11,892 nt of DNA from Candidatus Eiseniibacteriota bacterium. GTDB taxonomy: Bacteria > Eisenbacteria > RBG-16-71-46. Position numbers and translations under genes: made by a program. The notes under the pieces are model-generated. The model had not been told where the DNA came from and did not search any database. It saw nothing but the letters and a program-made list of their open reading frames with translations. The DNA lies in NCBI GenBank assembly GCA_044222065.1, contig JBGAOA010000095.1:1-11892 (forward strand), in the 5' to 3' direction. Position 1 is the first letter of the stretch; each line of letters begins with the position of its first letter. Shown here piece after piece: positions 1-7,044 of this stretch.

Positions 1-866
1 TGGTGCGCCCCTTCCGAATCGAGTTCGTCGTCCCCATTACGCCCGATTTCTACGAGGACGTCGTCTGGGAGGATCGGGTCCTGCCCCGATTGGAAGGGGC
101 ACCGCCGAACGTCCTTTCGATCTGCAAGTTCGGCTTCACGGAGATGCTGAACAACGTCGCCAGTCACTCTGAATCGCCGCAGGCGGCGATCGTCGTGGCG
201 GCGGATGACGCCGCGGTCTCCATCGTGGTCATGGACTGGGGAGTCGGCATCTTTCGCAAGATCCGGGACGCGCTGAGCCTCTCGACGAATCACGAGGCCG
301 TCCTCGAGCTCACCAAGGGGAAGTTCACCACGGACCCGGAACGCCACAGTGGAGAGGGCATCTTCTACACGGCTCGAATGTTCGATGAATTCCACCTAAT
401 GTCCGGAGAGATCTTTCTCCGTCTTCGTGCGAACGAGCACGACTGGTGGCTCGAAGGAGTCGATCGTCTCGACGGCACTCACGTCGAAATGGAAATCGCT
501 CTCGGCTCCCCTCGCACGACGCTTGAAGTCTACGAACGCTTCGCGCACCAGAAGGGTGACCTCAGCTTGGACAGGACGACACTCGCAGTCCGAATGCTCG
601 AACCTCAGGGCGGCGGTCTCGTCTCGCGCTCTCAGGCCAAACGGCTTGTGGCGCGATTGGAGCAATTCCGAACCGTGGTCCTGGACTTCGGGGGTGTTTC
701 CGAGATCGGGCCGGCTTTCGCAGATGAGGTGTTTCGAGTCTTCACGCGCTCACATCCGGACGTTCGGCTCGTTCCAATGAACACGGAGCCGGCGGTCGAA
801 GCCATGATTCGAAAGGTCACGGAATCAGCCGCGAACGGAGCGCGCCGCCCCGACCCGTCGGGCTAG
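1..866 (+). CDS. ATP-binding HATPase_c (anti-sigma-kinase-like) + C-terminal DUF4325/STAS-like domain protein, probably 5'-truncated by the window edge
   Basis: The ORF is open from the window edge to TAG at 864-866. GHKL motifs: N-box FTEMLNNVASHS, G1 DWGVGI, G2 HSGEGIF. The C-terminal segment SRSQAKRL...VVLDFGGVSEIGPAFADEVFRVF is typical of DUF4325 STAS-like domains (recognised by eye, not by HMM). Confidence 0.75.
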   Translation, partial: VRPFRIEFVVPITPDFYEDVVWEDRVLPRLEGAPPNVLSICKFGFTEMLNNVASHSESPQAAIVVAADDAAVSIVVMDWGVGIFRKIRDALSLSTNHEAVLELTKGKFTTDPERHSGEGIFYTARMFDEFHLMSGEIFLRLRANEHDWWLEGVDRLDGTHVEMEIALGSPRTTLEVYERFAHQKGDLSLDRTTLAVRMLEPQGGGLVSRSQAKRLVARLEQFRTVVLDFGGVSEIGPAFADEVFRVFTRSHPDVRLVPMNTEPAVEAMIRKVTESAANGARRPDPSG

Positions 867-889
867 CCGGCTCCGTCGGCGAAGTCTGG

Positions 890-926
890 GAGCAACGGGA
901 CTCCCGGAATCTCGCGTTGCTCTTCC
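890..926 (+). terminator. Possible stem-loop terminator after the DUF4325 gene
   Basis: 8-bp inverted repeat GAGCAACG (890-897) / CGTTGCTC (915-922), starting 24 nt after the stop. It is followed only by TTCC, so the U-tract is weak. Confidence 0.3.
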
Positions 927-974
927 CGACGATCCGTCGCGCGCCCGCGTCGCGCCGCCCCGATCACTCCACGG

Positions 975-983
975 TGCTAGCAT
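975..983 (+). promoter_or_regulatory. Candidate sigma70-type extended -10 element for the acyl-CoA synthetase gene
   Basis: TG-c-TAGCAT (TGnTAnnAT). It is followed by a hairpin CCCGGCG-cac-CGCCGGG (990-1006) at the predicted +1, then GGAG (1041-1044) before ATG 1051. Confidence 0.35.
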
Positions 984-1050
984 GCGGGTCCCGGCGCACC
1001 GCCGGGCCCGAAGTGCATCCGCAGACCTTTCGCTGAACGTGGAGTTTTCG

Positions 1051-3232
1051 ATGCCGGACGTCACCGTCGCCACGCCCGCGTCGCCCGCCGCCGCGCCGTC
1101 CCAGGCCGGCCGCAGCCTCGACGCGATCTTCCGCCCCCGCTCGATCGCCGTGATCGGCGCCTCTCGCGACCTCACCACGGTCGGCGGCGCGATCTTCCAC
1201 AACCTGCTCGAGCACGGCTTCCAGGGCCCCGTCTATCCGATCAACCCGAAGGCCTCGAACGTGCAGTCCGTGCGCGCGTACGCGTCGCTCGACGAGCTGC
1301 CCGAGGCGCCCGAACTCGCGATCATCGTCGTGCCGGCCGTGCACGTGCTCCCCGTGCTCGAGGCGTGCGGCAAGCGCGGCGTGAAGGGCGCGGTCGTGAT
1401 CAGCGCGGGCTTCAAGGAGATCGGGCCCGACGGCGCCGTGCGCGAGCGCGACCTCGTCGCGTGCGCGCGCCGCTACGGCATGCGGCTCGTGGGCCCCAAC
1501 TGCCTCGGCGTGCTCAACACCGAGGACGGCGTGCGCATGGACGGCACGTTCGCGCCGCCGTACCCGCCGCCCGGGCGCGTCGCGTTCTCGTCGCAGAGCG
1601 GCGCACTCGGACTCGCGATCCTCGACACGGCGCGCGCGCTCGGCATCGGCATCTCGCACTTCATCAGCGTCGGCAACAAGGCCGACGTGTCGGGCAACGA
1701 CCTGCTCGAGTACTGGGAGCAGGATCCGGGCACCGACGTCGTGCTGCTGTACCTCGAGTCGTTCGGAAATCCGCGCCGCTTCCTCGAGATCGCGCGCCGC
1801 GTCGGACGCAAGAAGCCGATCGCCGCGGTGAAGAGCGGCCGCACCGGGGCCGGCATGCGCGCGGCCTCGTCGCACACGGGCTCGCTCGCGGGCGCGGACT
1901 CGGCCGTGAGCGCGATGTGCGCGCAGGCGGGCGTGATCCGAACCGACACGATCGAGGAGCTGTTCGACGTCGCGATGCTGATCGCGAACCAGCCGGTGCC
2001 GCGCGGCAACCGCGTCGGCATCGTCACGAACGCGGGCGGCCCCGGCATCCTCGCGTCCGATGCGTGCGAATACCGCGGCATGGTCGTGCCGACGCTCGAC
2101 GACTCGACGGTCGCGGCGCTGCGCGCGTTCCTGCCGGCGGAGGCGAGCACGCGCAACCCCGTGGACATGATCGCGTCCGCGACGCCCGCGTCGTTCGAGA
2201 AGGCGGTGCGGCTCATCGGCGCCGACCCCAACGTGGACTCGCTGCTCGTGCTCTACGTGCCGCCGATCGTCACGAACCCGGACGAGGTCGCGCAGAGCAT
2301 CGTGCACGGCTACGAAGCCGCGAAGCAGGAGTGGACCGCGAAGGGCATCGCGCCGAAGCCGATCCTGTCGTGCTTCCTCGGCTCGCACGGCGTGCCCGAA
2401 GCGCTCGCCGAGAGCCACGTGCCGAGCTACATGTTCCCCGAGTCGGCCGCGATCGCGCTGTCGCGCGCGGTGCGCTACGGCGAGTGGCTCGCCAGGCCGG
2501 ACGGCGCGACGCGCACGTTCACCGACGTGGACGCGGCGCGCGGAGGCGGGCGACGGCGCCGGGACGAAGGCCTCGTGGCTCTCGCCCGAAGAGGTGCGCG
2601 AGGTGCTCTCGGCGTACCGCGTCGCGCTGCCCGAGACCGCGGTCGCCGCGACGGCGGACGAGGCGGCGGCGATCGCGAAGCGCGTCGGCTTCCCGGTCGC
2701 GATCAAGCTCGTGTCGGAGCGCATCACGCACAAGACCGACGTCGGCGGCGTCGTGCTCGACGTGCGCGACGAGGACGAGGTGCGCGAGGCGTTCGACGCG
2801 ATCCACTGGCGGCTGCGCGAGAAGGGGCTCGCCGACGACATGGACGGCGTGTCGGTGCAGCCGATGATCCGCGACGGCATCGAGACGATCGTGGGCGTGA
2901 CGCGCGATCCGTCGTTCGGCCCGCTGCTGCTCTTCGGACTCGGCGGCGTACAGGTCGAGCTGCTCAAGGACGTCGTGCTGCGCGTCGCGCCGCTCACCGA
3001 TCTCGACGCGCGCGCGATGATCCACGGCATCAAGGGCGCGAAGCTGCTCGCCGGCTACCGCGGCGCGCCTCCGGGCGACCTCGTCGCGCTGGAGGAGGCG
3101 CTGCTGCGCGTCTCGCAGCTCGTCATGGACCATCCCGAGATCGCCGAGATGGACCTGAACCCGCTCAAGGTGCGCGAGCCCGGCAAGGGCGCGCTCGCAC
3201 TGGATGCGCGGATCGCGGTGAAGGGCGTCTAG
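1051..3232 (+). pseudogene. Acetate/acyl-CoA ligase (NDP-forming), fused alpha (CoA-binding + ligase) and beta (ATP-grasp) domains; frameshifted near 2540 (real pseudogene or sequence error)
   Basis: ATG 1051 with GGAG RBS. Frame +1 has FRPRSIAVIGAS, VYPINPK, VGPNCLG, SQSGALG, SVGNKAD, LYLESFG, the phospho-His motif AASSHTGSLAG, TNAGGPG and NPVDM. After DVDAAR (~2541) frame +1 becomes R/G-rich nonsense. Frame +2 reads AEAGDGAGTKASWLSPEEVREVL...GFPVAIK...HKTDVGGV...DPSFGP...GLGG...EMDLNP...ALDARI to TAG 3230-3232. No GNAT domain is seen. Confidence 0.88.
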
Positions 3233-3234
3233 CG

Positions 3235-3265
3235 GACGGGCGCGACGAGTCGCCGTCGACCCGTC
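3235..3265. terminator. Weak hairpin between convergent stop codons
   Basis: GACGGG (3235-3240) / CCCGTC (3260-3265) with an inner GCGAC/GTCGC pair, lying in the 31-nt gap between convergent genes. There is no U-tract on either strand. Confidence 0.2.
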
Positions 3266-4394
3266 ACGTCCCGCGCTTCAGCTCCGCCGCGCGCTTCGAT
3301 TCGGCGCGCGTCAGGAACCACACCGCGACGAGGATGAAGCCGAGCGAGGCCCAGTCCTGCGCGGCCGGCGGCTTCGTGTGCCAGACGAGCGCGAGGATCA
3401 CGGTCGCGGTCGTGCCCGCGAGCAGCGACGTGAGCCGGTTCACGACGCCGGCGAACGTCGCGGTGCGGCCGTGGAACATGAACAGGAAGACCGAGAAGAA
3501 CGCGACGAGCGCGAACGGCACGCCCGAGGCGAACGCGGCGAAGTCGGGCTTGTTCACCGACGCGTGCACGATCTCGAAGCGGTGGTCCGTCCAGCCGAGC
3601 GCCGGAGGCGCGAAGTAGAAGAACGCGAGCATCGAGAACATCACGACGCTCGCCGTGAGCTGCTCCCACGCGAAGAACCCGCGGTTGTCGAGCGTCGAGA
3701 CGCCGTGCCGCGCGTTCTTGAACCAGTTCATGATGTAGAGCCGGATCGCGTACGACACGATGTACATCGTGAGCACCGTCATCGCGAGCGGGTTGTGCAG
3801 GAAGTCGAAGCCGCCCTTGAGCGAGCCCGCGGACACGCCGATCACCGACTTGGCCTCGATGCCGCGCGACTCGAGGAAGCCCGCGAACGGGATCAGCAGC
3901 AGGTTCGTCGCGAGCGCGAGCAGCGCGAAGGCGACCGCCCAGTTCTCCTCGGGCAGCACCTTCTTCTTCAGGAGCCCCTGGCGGATCTGCACCGAGTCCA
4001 CGATGCGGCTCACGATGATCACGCTCGCGCGCATGATGACCATCGCGACCATGACCGAGATCGGCAGCGTGTAGAGCAGCGTCGTGCCGGGAATGATGAT
4101 CGCGGTGCAGATGCCCGACGGCACGATGACGCCGAGCTCGGAGGGGCGGTGGAACGTCGGCGCCGCGCCCGGCGCGGGCGGGGAGCGCAGCCAGCCGAGC
4201 AGCACGACCGCGAGCAGGCACAGCAGCGAGCTGCCGACCGTGTTGTTCACGAGGTATTCCATGTCGGACATCCGCGGTTCGCGGATGCCGCCCGTGAACA
4301 CCTTCACCAGGATGCCGGTGCCGACGTAGCTGAAGAAGTAGGCGACGCAGAGTTCGATGAGATGGGCGGTCGAGCCTTCGCGGGAGTTCTTCAT
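3264..4394 (-). CDS. Uncharacterised polytopic membrane protein (~10 TM), DMT/EamA-superfamily-like putative transporter
   Basis: 376-aa ORF with normal high-GC3 codon usage and about ten hydrophobic stretches, apparently in two halves. The ending (LALVWHTKPPAAQDWASLGFILVAVWFL plus a charged tail) resembles DMT C-termini. The family assignment is inference. Confidence 0.8.
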   Translation of the reverse strand: MKNSREGSTAHLIELCVAYFFSYVGTGILVKVFTGGIREPRMSDMEYLVNNTVGSSLLCLLAVVLLGWLRSPPAPGAAPTFHRPSELGVIVPSGICTAIIIPGTTLLYTLPISVMVAMVIMRASVIIVSRIVDSVQIRQGLLKKKVLPEENWAVAFALLALATNLLLIPFAGFLESRGIEAKSVIGVSAGSLKGGFDFLHNPLAMTVLTMYIVSYAIRLYIMNWFKNARHGVSTLDNRGFFAWEQLTASVVMFSMLAFFYFAPPALGWTDHRFEIVHASVNKPDFAAFASGVPFALVAFFSVFLFMFHGRTATFAGVVNRLTSLLAGTTATVILALVWHTKPPAAQDWASLGFILVAVWFLTRAESKRAAELKRGT

Positions 4395-4400
4395 CCGAAA

Positions 4401-4406
4401 AGTCTA
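4401..4406 (-). promoter_or_regulatory. Candidate -10 box (TAGACT) for a leaderless transcript of the membrane protein gene
   Basis: The minus strand reads TAGACT-tttcgg-ATG: a TAnnnT hexamer 6 nt before the start codon, with no clear Shine-Dalgarno sequence. Confidence 0.4.
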
Positions 4407-4434
4407 CACCCCTGCACCGGGCGCGGCGCCAGTC

Positions 4435-7044
4435 TCAGCGCCCGGCGAGGGTCACGTCGACCGCGGTGACCTTGTATTCGGGACAGCCCGAGACCCGGTC
4501 ACGCACCTCGCTCGTGAGGTCGTTCACCGGCGTCTCCGGGAAGTGGAAGGTCGTGAACACCGTGCCTTCGTTCACGCGGTCCGTGACGTGCGCGACCAGT
4601 TCCACCGCGCCGCGCGCGTTCGAGACCCGCACCCGCGCGCCGTCCTCGATGCCGCGCGCGCGCGCGTCCACGGGCGAGATCTCGAGCACGTCCGCCGGCG
4701 CGATCGCCGCGTTCGGCGTGCGCCGCGTCATCGTCGCGGCGTTGTAGTGCTCGAGCCGCCGGCCGGTGACGAGCGTGAGGCCGGGGCGCAGCTCGGGCGA
4801 CGGCACGTACTCGACGCGCGACAGCAAACCCTTGCCGCGCGGGAACGACTCGCGGTGCAGGATCGGCGTGCCCGGATGGTCGGGCGCGGGGACGGGCCAC
4901 TGGAGTCCGTCGCCCTCGAGCCGCGCGTACGAGACGCCCGTGAACGACGGCGCGACACGCGCGATCTCGTCCATCACGTCGGACGGCGAGCCGTGCGGCT
5001 GCGCCCAGCCGCACGCCGCCATCAAGTCGAGCAGCACGCGCCAGTCGGGGCGCGCGCCCGGCACCGGCGGCAGCGCCTCGCGCACGCGCTGCACGCGGCG
5101 CTCGCCGTTCGTGAACGTGCCGTCCTTCTCGAGGAAGCTCGCGCCCGGGAGCAGCGTCGTCGCGTACTTCGAAGTCTCCGACGGGAACAGCTCGATCACG
5201 AGCACGAACTCGAGCGAGGCGAGGAGCTTCCGCACGCGCCGCGCGTCGGGGTCGGTCTGCGCGACGTCCTCGCCGAACAGGATCAGCCCGCGGATCTCGC
5301 CGCGCTCGATCGCGTCCCAGATCTCGGGCAGCGTGCGCCCGATCGTGCTCGGAACGGCGCGGCCCCACACGCGCTCGAAGCGCTCGCGCACGGCCGGGTC
5401 CGCGACCGGCTGGTAGCCGGTGAGCAGGTCGGGCTGGCAGCCCATGTCGGCGGCGCCCTGCACGTTGTTCTGGCCGCGCAGCGGGTTCACGCCGACGCCC
5501 TCGCGCCCGATCGCGCCCGCGAGCAGCGCGAGGTTGCAGATCAGCATCACGGCCTCGCTACCCTGCAGGTGCTCGGTCACGCCGAGCCCGTGCGCCAGGA
5601 GCGGGCGCTCGGCGCGGGCGTAGCGGCGCGCGGCCTCGCGCACGAGCGGCGCCGGGACGCCCGTGACGTTCGCGACGCGTTCGGGCGCGAAGGCGCGCAC
5701 GAACGACGCGTAGGCGTCCCAGCCCTCGACGCGGGCGGCGACGAACTCGCGGTTCACGAGGTCTTCTTCGACGAGCACGGCGGCGATCGAATGCAGCAGC
5801 GGCACGTTCGCTCCGGGCTTCACGGCGAGGTGCAGGTCGGCGATCTCGGCGAGTTCGGTGCGGCGCGGGTCCGCGACGATCAGCGTCGCGCCGCCGAGCG
5901 CGGCCTGCCGCATGCGCGCGCCCGTCACGGGGTGCGCCTCGGTCGGGTTCGCGCCGATCACGAACAGCAGGTCCGCGCGTTCGAGGTCGGCGAGCGAGTT
6001 CGTCGCGGCGCCGGTGCCGAGCGCGGCGCGCATGCCCGCGGCGCTCGGCGCGTGGCACACGCGCGCGCAGCAGTCGACGTCGTTCGTGCCGAGCCCGCCG
6101 CGCAGCCACTTCTGGAACAGGTAGTTCTCTTCGTTCGTGCAGCGCGACGACGACAGGCCCGCGACGCGGCCCGAGAGCCGCGCGAGTTCGGCCGCGACGT
6201 GCGCGAGCGCGTCGTCCCACGACACCTCGACGAGCGATCCGCCCTGCCGGATGCGCGGCGATCGCAGCCGTTCGGGGTGGCGCGCGAAGCCGTGCGCGTA
6301 GCGGCCCTTCACGCACAGGTGCCCGCGGTTCACGGGCGAAGTCGCGACGCCCTCGATGCGCGCGACCGCGCCGTCGGCGGCGTGCACCTCGAGCTGGCAG
6401 CCGACGCCGCAGTAGCCGCACGTCGTGCGCGTCACGCGCGTCTCGGGGCGCGCGCGTTCGAGGTCGGCGCTCGTGAGCGCGCCGCTCGGGCAGGTCGAAA
6501 CGCACGCGCCGCAGGCGACGCACGCGCTCTCGGCGAACGAGCCGCCGCCCCACGCGAGCCGCGTCTCGGCGCCGCGCCCTTCGAGCGCGTAGACGAACTG
6601 GCCCTGGATCTCTTCGCACGCGCGCACGCAGCGCCGGCACAGGATGCACGCGTCGAGGTCCACGTGGACGTAAGGGTGCGACGCGTCGCGAGCGCCGTCG
6701 TGCGCCGGCGCGAGGCACTCGTAGCGCTCGCCCGTGACGCCCCACGACTCGAGCACCGCGCCGACGCGTCCGCGCGGCGTCGCGCTCGTGCGCATCAGCT
6801 CGCCGAGATCGCGCCGGTAGGCGTCGAGCGCCGGACTCGACGTGCGCACCTCGAGCCCGTCCTTCGCCGGCGTGCAGCACGCGGCGACGAAGCGGCCGTT
6901 CACCTCGACCATGCAGCTGCGGCAGTGGCCGCCCTTCGAGAGCCGCTCGTCGTGGCAGAACGCGCGCACCGTGGCGCCCGCCGCCCGGCACGCGTCGAGG
7001 ATCTTGCCGCGCGCTTCGACCTCGCGTCCGTCCACGCGCATCAT
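4435..7044 (-). CDS. fdhF: Formate dehydrogenase alpha (catalytic Mo/W-bisPGD) subunit, FdhF/FdsA type, 869 aa
   Basis: True start at ATG 7044 (MMRVDGREVE), which overlaps the upstream stop as ATGA. N-terminal [2Fe-2S] (C..GHCRSC..AAC); 2x[4Fe-4S] (CILCRRCVRAC, CVACGACVSTCP); proximal [4Fe-4S] (TTCGYCGVGC...LCVKGRY); active site DCCARVCHAPS (Cys codon TGC at 6055-6057); catalytic Arg motif PLRGQNNVQG; EKDGTFTNGERR; C-terminal PEYKVTAV. No Tat signal. Confidence 0.95.
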   Translation of the reverse strand: MMRVDGREVEARGKILDACRAAGATVRAFCHDERLSKGGHCRSCMVEVNGRFVAACCTPAKDGLEVRTSSPALDAYRRDLGELMRTSATPRGRVGAVLESWGVTGERYECLAPAHDGARDASHPYVHVDLDACILCRRCVRACEEIQGQFVYALEGRGAETRLAWGGGSFAESACVACGACVSTCPSGALTSADLERARPETRVTRTTCGYCGVGCQLEVHAADGAVARIEGVATSPVNRGHLCVKGRYAHGFARHPERLRSPRIRQGGSLVEVSWDDALAHVAAELARLSGRVAGLSSSRCTNEENYLFQKWLRGGLGTNDVDCCARVCHAPSAAGMRAALGTGAATNSLADLERADLLFVIGANPTEAHPVTGARMRQAALGGATLIVADPRRTELAEIADLHLAVKPGANVPLLHSIAAVLVEEDLVNREFVAARVEGWDAYASFVRAFAPERVANVTGVPAPLVREAARRYARAERPLLAHGLGVTEHLQGSEAVMLICNLALLAGAIGREGVGVNPLRGQNNVQGAADMGCQPDLLTGYQPVADPAVRERFERVWGRAVPSTIGRTLPEIWDAIERGEIRGLILFGEDVAQTDPDARRVRKLLASLEFVLVIELFPSETSKYATTLLPGASFLEKDGTFTNGERRVQRVREALPPVPGARPDWRVLLDLMAACGWAQPHGSPSDVMDEIARVAPSFTGVSYARLEGDGLQWPVPAPDHPGTPILHRESFPRGKGLLSRVEYVPSPELRPGLTLVTGRRLEHYNAATMTRRTPNAAIAPADVLEISPVDARARGIEDGARVRVSNARGAVELVAHVTDRVNEGTVFTTFHFPETPVNDLTSEVRDRVSGCPEYKVTAVDVTLAGR

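Noticed and set aside
2594..3232. Independent beta-subunit gene starting at GTG 2594
   Set aside because: Homology (WLSPEE) extends upstream of the GTG, there is no spaced RBS, and the alpha frame has no stop near the junction. It is better explained as the second half of a fused gene.
982..3618. 878-aa ORF as a single real protein
   Set aside because: Only 1051 to ~2541 is homologous to acyl-CoA synthetase. The remainder is R/G/A-rich out-of-frame read-through that overlaps the true beta domain and the convergent gene. ATG 982 lacks an RBS and lies in the candidate promoter.
6052..6060. Selenocysteine/SECIS in the formate dehydrogenase
   Set aside because: The metal-ligand codon is TGC (Cys), and there is no in-frame TGA.
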